DNA from: Octopus sinensis
Lineage: Eukaryota
NCBI RefSeq assembly: GCF_006345805.1
Contig: NC_043024.1
Location: 2,294,001 to 2,358,000, forward strand
DNA length: 64,000 nucleotides
Direction of reading: 5' to 3'
Position 1 is the first letter of the stretch; each line of letters opens with the position of its first letter. Below, in pieces: positions 1 to 11,384 of this stretch. The notes under the pieces were generated by a model. That model was not told where the DNA came from, did not search any database, and saw only the letters and a program-made list of their open reading frames with translations. Made by a program: the position numbers and the translations under genes.

Positions 1-139
1 AGGAAGGGCATCCAGCTGTAGAAACTCTTCCAAATCTAGATTGGAGCCTGGTGCAGCCATCTGGTTTGCCAGCCCTCAGTCAAAATCGTCCAACCCATGA
101 TAGCATGGAAAGCGGACGTTAAACGATGATGAGGATGAT
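1..139 (+). mobile_element. 3' end of (ATG)n-tailed RTE-type retroposon (local family D), cut by window edge
   Basis: AGGAAGGGCATCCAGCTGTAGAAAC...CATGGAAAGCGGACGTTAAACGATGATG; same block recurs about 20 times in the window. Confidence 0.85.
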
Positions 140-483
140 TTCCTTTTCCATTCTTGCTTTCATTGGACAGAGTTCTTCAAGGCTGGTTTTTCTATGGCTT
201 CTTACCACACAGCCATGCCTGCACCTATAAATGCAGCATTTCCAATCAGACTTGCTCACACATGCAAGCACGATGCACTTCCATGAAATTTCTGTCTACC
301 AACTTCACCCCCAAGGCATCGGTGAGACTGTATTATAGCTCTGGGTTGACCAAAGTGAAATTAGCAAACAGAACCTGAAAGAAGCCTGATTTTATAATTA
401 TTTGTATGTGTGGGGGCATGTGCATCCATATTTTGTATCTTTGTGTCATTATGTTGTAAATGATTGTCACTATTATACAATCA

Positions 484-850
484 TCATTGTTCGACCGTGG
501 TCGAGACAATGGAATTTACCATGCTCCGCCAGACTTCACGGTCCATCATAGCATTACGGAGGTCCTGTTGCTGGATGCCTGTAACCCTGGAGATTACATC
601 AGGGTAGGAGAGTGTGCGCCCTCTGGTATCGCGAGCAGATGGCTTCCAGAGGAGAAGAGTAGAAATTGCCTCGTTTTCAGCTCTACAACAATGTCCAGCA
701 AACTGGACTCTTCTACCTTTCACAAGAGATGACACAGGTGGTAGTTTCCCATATATTTGTACTTTGATTGGATGGCGCTTCCACAAGAGATTTTGAGCTC
801 TCATAAGGAGGCGAGTGTAATGTCCAGGTTTCTGAGCCATATAGTAGAAT
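484..850 (-). mobile_element. RTE/RTE-X LINE 3' fragment (RT C-terminus, decayed)
   Basis: Minus strand reads IVEPILLYGSETWTL, then after a frame break YTRLLMRAQNLLWKRHP...RRVQFAGHC...LLLWKP...MMDREVWR; typical of RTE-clade RT C-termini. Confidence 0.8.
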
Positions 851-1479
851 TGGTTCTACTATATGGCTGTTATACGAGCAGCGTCATTCATTTCCAATAT
901 TCTGTGAGAACATGGGAAAATATTACCTTGCTTGGAAACAGGTGGTAAGAAGGGTATCTGGTCTTGCAAACTTTGCTTCAATAAACCCTGTCTGACTTAT
1001 ATAAGCCTGGAAAAGTTAATGTTAAAATGATGATGGTGGTATAGTATGTGCCATGTGTACAGTTAGATATATGACTGCTCCTAGTGTGGTCAGAACTCCA
1101 TGTAGAATATCATCATCCATTCTGCTTCAAGAATCTGTCCAGCATCAGCTCTTTGACCAGTGTAATATAATGCAATATTGCATTCTCCTAATGAACTGTC
1201 ATGGTTCAACTGTCTCCACTACAGAAGTTACAAATAACCACAAGGTCGAAACGCATGTAGGGAGCAAAGATAGAAACAACATCTTGTGATTGTCATTGGT
1301 TTTCTTCCTCCTCTCTTAGGCCCTCATCTCTCCTACCTTCTTCTTGGACATTTAGTACCTCTCCTTATCCACCTTACCATCAGTCCATCTGGATTGTTGT
1401 TGGAACTTTACACTTCTTGGATTCTACCATCCTGGACCTTACTGTACACTGTTGTTGATCAGTTCTCCTATATATTTAT

Positions 1480-2030
1480 AAGTATCTGTCTCTATCTATC
1501 CCTGTTTGACTATCTATATCTACCTATCTGTTTGTCTGTTTATCTATATATGTATCTATATTTGACAATTGCAGCGTGGAAGGTGTTTATAAGCCATTTA
1601 AGAAACACACAAAAACCGTTCGATTCACTTCAACATTTAAATTTATTTGCCAAAATATTTTCGCCGCTTTGAGACCGTGACCTCTTCACTGACAAAACAT
1701 CATTCTGCATCTCTTCGTGTGTTTCTTAAATGGCTTATAAACACCTTCCGTGCTGCAATTGTTTTCGTTCCAGCACACGATCTCAGATCAGGTCACTTGC
1801 TATGCAAGTACATCTCCGTAATATCTATATTTGTCTATCTATCTATCTCTATTTGTGTCTATCTACTTCTATTTGTCTGTGTTTTATCTATTTATCTGTC
1901 TATTATCTATCTCTGTTTGCCTATCTCTGTCATTTTTTTCTAGCTATCTGTCTCAGTCAATTGATCAATGTATCTCTATCTATCTATCTATCTTTCTTTT
2001 GTGTGAGTATATATATATATATATATATAT
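1480..2030. repeat. Degenerate (TCTA)n/(TA)n microsatellite field
   Basis: Runs of TATC/TCTG and terminal (TA)n; source of spurious Ile/Tyr/Leu/Ser ORFs. Confidence 0.85.
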
Positions 2031-2214
2031 GTCGGTGGCACATAAAATCACCCACTACACTCTCGGAGTGGTTGGCGTTAGGAAGGGCATCCAGCTGTAG
2101 AAACACTGCCAGATCTGACTGGCCTGGTGCAGCCTTCGGGCTCCCCAGACCCCAGTTGAACCGTCCAACCCATGCTAGCATGGAAAGCGGACGTTAAATG
2201 ATGATGATGATGAT
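2031..2214 (+). mobile_element. Family D retroposon, 5'-truncated
   Basis: GGTGGCACATAAAATCACCCACTACACTC...GGACGTTAAATGATGATG tail. Confidence 0.85.
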
Positions 2215-2669
2215 ATATATATAGCAAAATTTAGATTCAGATGAATATGGTACTTAAGTTAAAGGCACCAGAATTTTGCATGGTATTATCCATATAAATC
2301 AAATGGGTGAGACGGGGAATGAACATACTACCATCATGTTCTTAATGATGGCAAATGAAATAAGGATAAAAATGTGCATTGTCCGTTTAATTAAAAAATT
2401 CTATATGTGGCTGAAGATTGCTCGACATTTTAAAACTGATGTAATACTTACATTGTTTAATTAAATGAAGTAGCATGAAGCAATTGTACTACTCTACCTT
2501 GGATATCCTTGTTGCTTATTTTGACTATATATATATAAAGAACAATCTTACTTAGAAATGGATGCGTGCATTCCGTCATATAATAAATTAATTAATAAAT
2601 AAAACATATACATATATACATACATATATGTACATACCTACCTCTACATGTATATATACATGCATATAT

Positions 2670-2846
2670 GGGTACAGGACACCAAAATAACGTCGAACAC
2701 AATGAGAAACGAAAACATAAACACAAAACCAAGAAAATGGACATTTTTCTTAAACAACGAAAAAATAGAGTACAGGACATACAAAACAAGGAAAATTCCC
2801 CTTCTTCAGTCGCCTTTGTTTCATCTACTCCACGTTTCGAAGGTCA
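2670..2846 (-). mobile_element. Possible Penelope-like terminal repeat fragment
   Basis: Minus strand CTTCGAAACGTGGAG...CTGAAGAAGGGG motif resembling Penelope pseudo-LTRs; pattern recognition only. Confidence 0.4.
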
Positions 2847-3182
2847 TATATATTTAATGCATTCTGAATGATTGTTATTTTCTTCTGTAATTTCAGTTTA
2901 TTGTGGCAGTGAGATGAAATAAAAACACCACAAATCATGGTTAGCCGAGATGAAGGATTGTACATATTTGTGAAGAGAAGATCTTTACCTCCTGTTCCAG
3001 AAACTTGTTAAACATGGCAAAATGGTTTTCAAAATAAATCTTTAACTTCCAATCACTGTTTTCTTTTGGTTTTTCAACATTAATTACATATCATCATCAA
3101 TTACATATATAAAAAGGTAAAGGTAAAGTTACCTTCCTGAGCCATACTGACTCATAAGGACCAGTTTCCCAATTTCATGGCA

Positions 3183-3623
3183 TAAGAGCAGCTTTTCGAG
3201 TATGATCGTTACCAGCGTCGCCTTACTGGCACTTGTGCCTCGTGCTAGTAGGGTGCCAAGAGCACCATCCAAGCATGATCGTTATCAGCATCGCCTTACT
3301 GACACTTGTTCCGGTGGCACGTGAACAAAATATTCAAGCGAGGTCGTTGCCAGTGCCGCTGGACTGACTCCTGTGCAGGTGGCACATAAAAATCACCATT
3401 TCGAGCGTGGCCGTTGCCAGTACCACCAGACTGGCCCTCATGCCAATGGCACATAAAAGCACCCAGTACACTCTCAGAGTGGTTGGCATTAGGAAGGGCA
3501 TCCAGCTGTAGAAACTCAGCCAGATCAGATTGGAGCCTGGTGCAGCCATCTGGTTTGCCAGTCCTCAGTCAAATCGTCCAATCCATGCCAGTATGGAAAG
3601 CGGACGTTAAACGATGATGATGA
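3183..3623 (+). mobile_element. Family D retroposon with internal GTGCC..GGCAC modules
   Basis: Modular body plus conserved 3' block and ATG tail. Confidence 0.85.
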
Positions 3624-4056
3624 ATATCATACACAGTAATAAAAGGGTGCATAACGAACACATGTACATACATGCAACTGTAGATTAATGACAGAAAATT
3701 GAATGGAAGACGGTCTTTATTTCAAAATCACTACAATTGTTTCAACACATTCTCACACTTGTAGTACACAGGTGAGATGGGCAATCATTATCTTACATCC
3801 AAGGTGTGGAATGCATCTCCTCTGGTGATTGTTTAAACAAGTTCTTCGTTAGATCCTTTCATCATTTCAGTGGGATAATGTATACCCAAAGCGATGTGTT
3901 TTCAGCAGTTTACAAACAAAACTAAATATATAGATAAACTGACAGATAAAATACGATTTCAATCGAAATACAAAATGCATAAAGAAAGAAACAAAAAAAA
4001 AAAGGAGACTATAAATTACCATTCTATCTTAATGGTCAGATTATAAGGAAGCAAGT

Positions 4057-4438
4057 TTATATATAAAAGAGAGGTTGTATGCTGTCTGTCTCCTACGGTT
4101 TAGATTCCTAACTACTCCCACATTTTGCGGTGCAGTTTAACCAAATTCGGGTATCTTATAGTCGTGATTCATATCGAGCCCTTCTGGGTATTAGCACGCA
4201 TCTACGATTTAAAAAAAATTTACCATCAATTTTTCCCATTTTTAATGCATTTTTGGCATATATAAGGGAAGTAACTCTCTAAAAATTTATTATTAAATCT
4301 CAGAACGTAAACAGCTACAGTAACACCCCCTCCTTTGTGGTTAGCCATGTTGAGATGGCTATTATACTTTACATCTCTAAAAATGCTTATATAGTTATTT
4401 CCCTTACAAACACGAGCAACACCGGGCGATACTACTAG
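4057..4438 (+). mobile_element. Non-autonomous Helitron
   Basis: 5' TATATATAAAAG start; 3' CGAGCAACACCGGGCGATACTACTAG subterminal hairpin plus CTAG followed by T; same 3' end at 25890 and 51769. Confidence 0.75.
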
Positions 4439-4604
4439 TATATATATAAAATGGAAATAGTCAAAGGGCAAATCCACCTGGTTCATGAACCTTTAGTCTT
4501 CAAAGCAGCCATATCAGGCCCAAATATTCTACCTGTTTTATGATCAAACTGGCTTGATCTGGGCTCTCACACCTACCTTGCAATATCATTCTAAAAACAT
4601 ATGT

Positions 4605-5000
4605 AGGCGTAGGAGTGGCTGTGTGGTAAGTAGCTTGCTTACCAGCCTCACGGTTCCGGGTTCAGTCCCACTGTATGGCACCTTGGGTAAGTGTCTTATA
4701 CTATAGCCTCGGACCGACCAAAGCCTTGTGAGTGGATTTCGTAGACAGAAACTGAAAGAAGCCCGTCGTATATATGTATATATATATATGTATGCGTGTG
4801 TGTGTTTCTCCCCCTCGCATTGCTTGACAACCGATGCTGGTGTGTTTATGTCCCCGTTACTTAACGGTTCGGCAAAAGAGACCGATAAAATAAGTACTAG
4901 GCTTACAAAAGAATAAGTCCCGGGGTCGAGTTGCTCGACTAAAGGCAGTGCAGCAGCATGGCCGCAGTCAAATGACTGAAACAAGTAAAAGAGTAAAGAG
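4605..5000 (+). mobile_element. tRNA-derived SINE (local family A, CORE-like CCTTGGGCAAG block)
   Basis: A-box-like GGCTGTGTGGTAAG, B-box-like GGTTCAGTCCC, (TA/TG)n middle, GTAAAAGAG tail. Confidence 0.85.
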
Positions 5001-5159
5001 AGTAGATAAGTAAGAACGGTATTGCTGTGAGAAAAACAGATTGTTTAGATTCACAGATTTCTTCCTTTTGTGGGACTTTCAGTCGTGCAATTTCAAGGCA
5101 AACAGATTAATACAGATTAAACAAATAGAATCCTATAAAATTATTGAGCGCTGTGTTAT

Positions 5160-5165
5160 TTTATT
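5160..5165 (-). terminator. Candidate polyadenylation signal (AATAAA) of the GCLC-like gene
   Basis: First canonical AATAAA found on the minus strand downstream of the stop at 5738; use not demonstrated. Confidence 0.4.
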
Positions 5166-5369
5166 TGTACACTGACCTAGCAATTTCTGTGTCTATCTGC
5201 CTCTCTATGTATCTGAATATCTGTTTCTATCTATATCCGTCCGTCCATCTGTCCAGCTATCTGTCTATCTACACATAAAGTTAATCCAAACAAGAAAGCA
5301 CAAAAAAACACAACAACGCGAGGACGTGGAACAAATATAGTATTATTGGACGCTCAGGAAAGAAGGAGG

Positions 5370-5404
5370 GTTTAACGTTTCGAGCGGAGCTCTTCGTCGG
5401 AAAC
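5370..5404 (-). ncRNA. Putative minimal type I hammerhead ribozyme, copy 1 (core variant CCGACGA)
   Basis: Minus strand GUUU-CCGACGA-A-GAGC(UCC)GCUC-GAA-ACGU-U-AAAC: stem I GUUU/AAAC, stem II GAGC/GCUC, palindromic stem III ACGU. Confidence 0.55.
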
Positions 5405-5533
5405 ATAGGAGAAGGAAAGACAGGAAAAAAAATCACCAATGGTACACACACGGTCACATCCAAACATGAAAACACAACAACGCGAGAACGTGGAACAAAT
5501 ATAGTATTATTGGACGCTCAGGAAAGAAGGGGG

Positions 5534-5568
5534 ATTTAACGTTTCGAGCGGAGCTCTTCATCGGAAAC
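5534..5568 (-). ncRNA. Putative minimal type I hammerhead ribozyme, copy 2 (core variant CCGAUGA)
   Basis: Minus strand GUUU-CCGAUGA-A-GAGC(UCC)GCUC-GAA-ACGU-U-AAAU; same fold with terminal G-U pair in stem I. Confidence 0.55.
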
Positions 5569-5737
5569 ACAGGAGAAGGGAAGACAGAGGGGAAAAAAAT
5601 CGTCAACGGTACACACGAGGTCAAACACACATATTTCTTGTTTCGCTATAAAATTATTTCGGTTATGTAGATTATATTTTCTGTATAATTAATTAAGTAA
5701 ATTAATTAAACACAAGACAAAGTCGTTGGAATATTTC

Positions 5738-5904
5738 TTATCCCTTGATAAATACTTGTGGACATCCTTCTTCATTGTTGATAATCTTTTCACATTCCAT
5801 CATAAAATCATAAGCGATTCTCTCGCTGACAACAGAATCATTCTTGTAATCGTCATGGTTTCTAACAAACTGCCTTGTCCATTGGGCCATTGTCATTATC
5901 TTTC
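5738..5904 (-). CDS. GCLC: GCLC-like, terminal coding exon
   Basis: Acceptor TTTTCCAG, phase 1; (G)KIMTMAQWTRQFVRNHDDYKNDSVVSERIAYDFMMECEKI...IKG*, aligns with GCLC ELMTVARWMREFIANHPDYKQDSVITDEMNY. Confidence 0.9.
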
Positions 5905-6181
5905 CTGGAAAATAAATTAAAATAAGCAATGGTTTCAGAAATATTAAATTTCTAAATCTCTCATAGAGATATGTACGGTGGTGGAGCGATAGAATGGTTG
6001 TATACTGTCAATCTAACGTGAACATGACAGTAGGGGGTTACACCACCGCTGTTTAACCCTAGGAAGCATCGACGCTTCCTGATGGCTTTGACACATTTTT
6101 CCTGTGTCCTTATATACATTTACGAAGGGGAGACAAACACCCCCAGCAGCCAGGCCTGCATTATATGGAAATTATTTGCTG

Positions 6182-6500
6182 TCATCACCATCATCATTGT
6201 TTAACGCCCACTTTCCATGCTGGCATGGGTTGGACGATTTGACTGAGGACTGGCGAACCAGACGGCTGCACCAGGCTCCAGTCTGATCTGGCAGAGTTTC
6301 TACAGCTGGATGCCCTTCCTAATGCCAACCACTCTGAGAGTGTAGTGGGTGCTTTTACGTGCCACCGGCATGAGGGCCAGTCAAGCGGTACTGGCAACAG
6401 CTACACTCAAATGGTGCTTTTTATGTGCCACCTGCACAGGAGCCAGTCCAGCGGCACTGGCAACGACCTCGCTTGAATATTTTTTTATGTGCCAGTAAGG
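6182..6500 (-). mobile_element. Family D retroposon
   Basis: CATCATCAT tail, then reverse complement of conserved body. Confidence 0.85.
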
Positions 6501-6642
6501 TGATGTAGCAATATCCTGGCTCCATGATCTGAGACACAAATAGATAAAGCGTTAATTGTTTATTTTCTTTCAAACTGAATTATGGTAGAATGATTTAACC
6601 ACTGGGCATAATTTGGAAGGAATACTATATGTTTTACATATA

Positions 6643-6769
6643 CCATAAAAACCCATGTAATTTGCACACCTGTGTAATTTACGCAGGTGATTTTCAGGAT
6701 AAAATTTGTTAAAAAAACACTTCAACTCATGTAAAATTCACACCCAAAAGTTTACATGGGTTTTTACAG
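6643..6769. mobile_element. Tc1/pogo-type MITE
   Basis: TIRs CCATAAAAACCCATGTAA / TTACATGGGTTTTTACAG flanked by TA on both sides. Confidence 0.7.
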
Positions 6770-6803
6770 TAAGTGTGTAATGTTTGGAGTGTAAAAACGT
6801 TAA

Positions 6804-7025
6804 CCCTTTCGATACCAAACCGGCTGAAACTGCCTCTGGCTCTGAGTACAAATGTCTTGTTTTCATAAGTTTTGAATTAAAATCTTCCAGCAAACCTTAG
6901 TCACAATTTATGTTCCTAACACTAGCTTAATGATAACTAAGTTATTTTACTAGATTCTTTGTTATATTTAAAATTAATTGGAAGAAACACAGAGCATCTC
7001 AAAATAAATACAGTAACAAAAGGGG
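6804..7025. mobile_element. piggyBac-type MITE
   Basis: TTAA|CCC...GGG|TTAA; second copy inverted at 22987-23208. Confidence 0.85.
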
Positions 7026-7140
7026 TTAACAATAAGGGTTACTGAGATAAAATATAGCTTAACATTATATTTTGTAATTGAAAAAGAAACTAGCATTATT
7101 GGGGATTTAATGTTGTATATTTTAAATAACATTTATTTAT

Positions 7141-7530
7141 AGGCGCAGGAGTGGCTGTGTGGTAAGTAGCTTGTTTACCAACCACATGGTTCCGGGTTCA
7201 GTCCCACTGCGTGGCACCTTGGGCAAGTGTCTTCTACTATAGTCCCGGGCCGACCAAAGCCTTGTGAGTGGATTTGGTAGACGGAAACTGAAAGAAGCCC
7301 ATCGTATATATGTATATATATGTGTGTGTGTTTGTGTGTCTGTGTTTGTCCCCCTAGCATTGCTTGACAACCGATGCTGGTGTGTTTATGTCCCCGTTAC
7401 TTAGCAGTTCGGCAAAAGAGACCTGGGCTTACAAAAGAATAAATCCCGGGGTCGAGTTGTTCGATTAAAGGCAGTGCTCCAGCATGGCCGCAGTCAAATG
7501 ACTGAAACAAGTAAAAGAGCAAAAGAGAGT
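7141..7530 (+). mobile_element. Family A SINE (GCLC-like intron)
   Basis: Full head GGCGCAGGAGTGGCTGTGTGG to GTAAAAGAG tail. Confidence 0.88.
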
Positions 7531-7555
7531 GAGGAAAACAAATGAATCATTTTAC

Positions 7556-7673
7556 CTGCAGCTTTGTCTGAGATATATTTCAGGTACTGCGTTATCTGAG
7601 GTCTGCCATTGGCATCGTAGTCAATATAATCAAGATATTTGTGTATGAGAGGAATGAAACCAGGGAAATCGTC
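7556..7673 (-). CDS. GCLC: GCLC-like exon (118 nt)
   Basis: CCAACAG|...GCAG|GTAAA; DDFPGFIPLIHKYLDYIDYDANGRPQITQYLKYISDKAA(G), matches GCLC FPGLIP..YL....D...R..I..YL..I...A.G; phases 0/1 fit neighbours. Confidence 0.92.
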
Positions 7674-7969
7674 CTGTTGGGAATAGAGTCAAAATGATTA
7701 AAAATAGGAGTGTTGTAGTTTGCTAGAAGCATTGTAGTATAGAAGAATAGTAAATGAAAAGGAAATGAGGAAAGCTTCTAACGATGCAGAGATAAAAGAT
7801 GAAAAAAAAGTGACATTTATATTTTGGGCACAAATGCCTGTCTTCAGAAGGTTACAGTCAAAGAAATGTTTGTTGAATGCAGATCCTGCCATTTGGGGCT
7901 GCCAGGTGGGCAGTGACCCCCATTTTAGTTTGGTACTTGCGCTTGTAGCAGCACACACATTTCTTTGAC

Positions 7970-8312
7970 CTGCGTCGCCCTACTGGCACTTGTTCCGGTG
8001 CCACGTGAACAAAACATTTGAGCGAGGCCGTTGCCAGTGCTGCTTGACTGGCTCCTGTGCAGGTGGCACGTAAAAAACCCCATTTGAGCATGGCCGTTGC
8101 TAGTACCACCAGTTTGGCCCTCGTGCCGGTGGCACGTAAAAAGCACCCACTACACTCTCGGAGTGGTTGGCATTAGGAAGGGCATCCAGCTGTAGAAACT
8201 CTGCCAGATCAGATTGTAGCCTGGTGCAGCCATCTGGTGTGCCAATCCTCAGTCAAAATCGTCCAACCCATGCCAGCATGGAAAACGGATGTTAAATAAT
8301 GATGATGATGAT
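7970..8312 (+). mobile_element. Family D retroposon
   Basis: Modular body plus ATG tail. Confidence 0.85.
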
Positions 8313-8608
8313 GTATCCTTCCGAAGACAGATCTTTGCACTCAAAATATAACCTTTTAGCTTTCTGATTACTCAGTCAAAATTAATGCTAATTTATTCAC
8401 ATTGTTTTTAATTAATCATGAATTATCTGACTAATTCTTACTGACACAAACAATTACCATTTACTTCAGAATCTGAATTTTACCCAATTCATTTTAAACC
8501 TAATGGAAGTTTAAAATTGATATAAAAACTAGACATCTGTTTCTTTTGAATTTTAGAATTTAGAATCTAAAATAACTGTTTTAGAATTTATTAAAAATAT
8601 TTTTTTAC

Positions 8609-8679
8609 CTTTCCGTTCATAATGTCGTTTATAGTCATCAAGGTGTAAATATCATCAGTGAGTTCACAGCCAGCAAAGT
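8609..8679 (-). CDS. GCLC: GCLC-like exon (71 nt)
   Basis: TTTAG|..AAG|GTAAA; (D)FAGCELTDDIYTLMTINDIMNGK vs GCLC YTLMSIDTIINGK. Confidence 0.9.
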
Positions 8680-9099
8680 CTAAATGACACGAAACAATTA
8701 TAGATTTATAATGTCAAAATATTCGGTTGGTTGATAAAACAAAAATATTTATTTATCATCATAAAAAACCAAAAAAAACAGAAAAGTGCTATTTGTGCGA
8801 GTGAATCAGTTTGTGTGTATTGGCGATGACGTTTGTTCAATGCCATAACTAAAGTTGAGTAGTGTAATTTCCTGCAACTACTTGTATAAATATAGCCAAT
8901 GTGTCTGTCAAAGAAAAGGCACCAAAGACAAAATCATTAATGACATTTCGATATGTTTTTATCCCCAAATGATTAGGTTGTTTATAACAACTTTGACTGT
9001 CAGACCAGAAATTGATAAAGACAAGTTCTTGGTTAGTTTAATCAAAGTTAAAATTAATTTCTTGTTATTCTTAAAATTTCTAAGAAATTTAATACTTAC

Positions 9100-9181
9100 C
9101 TTTGTGAATATCTTTCTTGAAGTAAAACTTTTCTTTATTGATGGCATCACGCTTTTGAGCAATTGAAATGTTTTCCTCAAC
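9100..9181 (-). CDS. GCLC: GCLC-like exon (82 nt)
   Basis: CCAAG|..AAAG|GTAAGT; VEENISIAQKRDAINKEKFYFKKDIHK vs GCLC VDENMKVAQKRDAVLQGMFYFRKDICK. Confidence 0.92.
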
Positions 9182-9229
9182 CTTGGAGAGAGCGAAATGA
9201 TAAGGAATCAACAAATATTTTTATTATAC

Positions 9230-9495
9230 ATCATCATCATCGTTTAACGTCCGTTTTCCATGCTATCATGGGTTGGACGGTTTGACTGTGGGCTGGCAAA
9301 CCAGATGGCTGCATCAGGCTCCAATCTGATCTGGCAGAGTTTCCACAGCTGAATGCCCTTCCTAACGCCAACCACTCCAAGAGTGTAGTGGGTGCTTTTA
9401 CGTGCCATCGGCATGGGGGCCAGTCAGGCGGTACTGGCAACGACCTCTCTTGTATTTTTTACACATGCCAATGGCACAGGTGCCAGTAAGGCGAT
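9230..9495 (-). mobile_element. Family D retroposon (followed by family A 3' fragment at ~9535-9660)
   Basis: CATCATC tail and conserved body. Confidence 0.8.
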
Positions 9496-9837
9496 AGCAA
9501 ATAATTCAGGAAAAAATATTTGCAAAGAAATTATTCTTTTACTCTTTTACTTGTTTCAGTCATTTGACTGTGGCCATGCTGGAGCACTGCCTTTAGTCGA
9601 AGAGATCGGCCCCAGGACTTATTCTTTGTAAGCCTAGTACTTATTCTATGGGCCTCTTTTGGAGAGAGTCAAGACTATTGAAAAGGTTGCAAGACACAAC
9701 GAAAATTTTAGGAAAATAAAAATAAGAAAAAAGTGGAAATTTTACTGGTGAGTGTATTACATTATAAGGGACAAAAAGAAAATGACTCTCCCCAGACACA
9801 ACAGTTCAATATTTATTTTAGAGAAATCAATATTTAC

Positions 9838-9942
9838 CTTTGTTATTGGGATCAAAAGGTCCAGTTTGAAAGTAACAATGGCTCGAGTGAGAAGAAGCAT
9901 GAACACAACAAGAGCAGCATTTTCAAAGTCGGTCAACTGAAG
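9838..9942 (-). CDS. GCLC: GCLC-like exon (105 nt)
   Basis: TTTCCAG|..AAG|GTAAAT; LQLTDFENAALVVFMLLLTRAIVTFKLDLLIPITK vs GCLC [35 protein letters not shown]. Confidence 0.95.
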
Positions 9943-10022
9943 CTGGAAATACAGAAAATGGTTATTAATGGTATTTCAAGACTTTCGAAAGTTGCAAGGC
10001 AAAGAAATATATAGTAATATTG

Positions 10023-10305
10023 ATATCATCATCATCATCATCATCATTATTTAGCGTCCGCTTTCCATGATAGCATGGGTTGGACGGTTCAACTGGGGTC
10101 TGGGAAGCCAGAAGGCTGCACCAGGCCCAGTCTGATCTGGCAGTGTTTCTACAGCTGGATGCCCTTCCTAACGCCAACCACTCCGTGAGTGTAGTGGATG
10201 CTTTTTACGTGCCACCGGCACAGGTGCCAGGCGAGGCTGGCAAACAGCCACGGTCAGATGGTGCTTTTTACGTGCCACCGGCACAGGGGCCAGGTGAGGC
10301 TGGCA
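10023..10305 (-). mobile_element. Family D retroposon
   Basis: (ATC)n tail plus body with duplicated module. Confidence 0.85.
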
Positions 10306-10659
10306 AATATATAAACATTTATTTATGGATATTTATTTATATTAATATCAGAGGTGACTCCAGGTCATCAGCGTTACTCAGGTTCATCAAAATTTCACAT
10401 AAGGCACTCAAAGAATTGCATGTTTTTCCGCTTTATTTCTAGCCTCAAATGGCTTATTTTTTATATCTAGCACTATGACTTTCTCCATTTCTAAATTAAG
10501 AGTAAAAATAAGGCAACCCTGTAAGAATATATCAAATTCCACTCAGAAATATCAATATTATGAGAAATACTTTTCCAAGGTGTCTCATAGTGAGATTGAA
10601 CTCAGAACCATGTTGATGTGAAGCCAACACCAAAAAGTGATGCCTGCACTTATATACCA

Positions 10660-11323
10660 TGTTTGTTCCTTCTCGAGCCATAAGGCTCATAAGGGCCAGT
10701 TTCCCGGTTTCCTTGGCGTATAGGTTCCCCACCTGGACAGGACGCCAGTCCGTCGCAGGTGAGCTGCAAGATGCAGGAGTAAAGAGTGAGAGAAAGTTGT
10801 GGCGAAAGAGTCAGCAGAAGTTTTGCCATTACCTTCTGCCGGAGCCGCGTGGAGCTTAGGTGTTTTCGCTCATAAACACACACATCACCTGGTCTGAGAT
10901 TCGAACCCGCGATCCCTGGACGGGACGCTGGTCCATCGCAGGTGAGCTGCAAGATGCAGGAGTAAAGAGTGAGAGAAAGTTGTGGCGAAAGAGTCAGCAG
11001 AAGTTCGCCATTACCTTCTGCCGGAGCCGCGTGGAGCTTAGGTGTTTTCGCTCATAAACACACACATCGCCTGGTCTGAGATTCGAACCCGCGATCCCTG
11101 GACGGGACGCTGGTCCATCGCAGGTGAGCTGCAAGATGCAGGAGGAAAGAGTGAGAGAAAGTTGTGGCGAAAGAGTCAGCAGAAGTTCGCCATTACCTTC
11201 TGCCGGAGCCGCGTGGAGCTTAGGTGTTTCGCTCATAAACACACACATCGCCCAATCTGAAATTCGAACCTGCGATCCCTCGACTGCGAGTCTGCTGCTC
11301 TAACCATCAGGCCATGTGCTTCC
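10660..11323 (-). mobile_element. tRNA-derived SINE (local family C) with internal segment in three tandem copies
   Basis: Head GGAAGCACATGGCCTGATGGTTAG..GGTTCGAATTTC; 182-183 bp unit repeated three times; single-unit copy at 38738-39046. Confidence 0.85.
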
Positions 11324-11384
11324 ACATATACAACGAAGTATACAGAGATATTTATTACGGAGACAGTTTCTAGTAAAATGTTAC

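Larger units (their letters stand above)
5303..5625 (-). repeat. Two-copy tandem repeat, period 164 bp (Penelope pLTR/retrozyme-like)
   Basis: ACACAACAACGCGAG..CGTTTCGAGCGGAGCTCTTC..CGGAAAC..GGTACACAC repeated; related fragment near 44860-44930. Confidence 0.85.

Noticed and set aside
8850-8915. Extra GCLC-like exon after the acceptor-like TTTTCTTTGACAG
   Set aside because: In-frame stop, no phase-compatible donor, and the flanking exons already join in frame.
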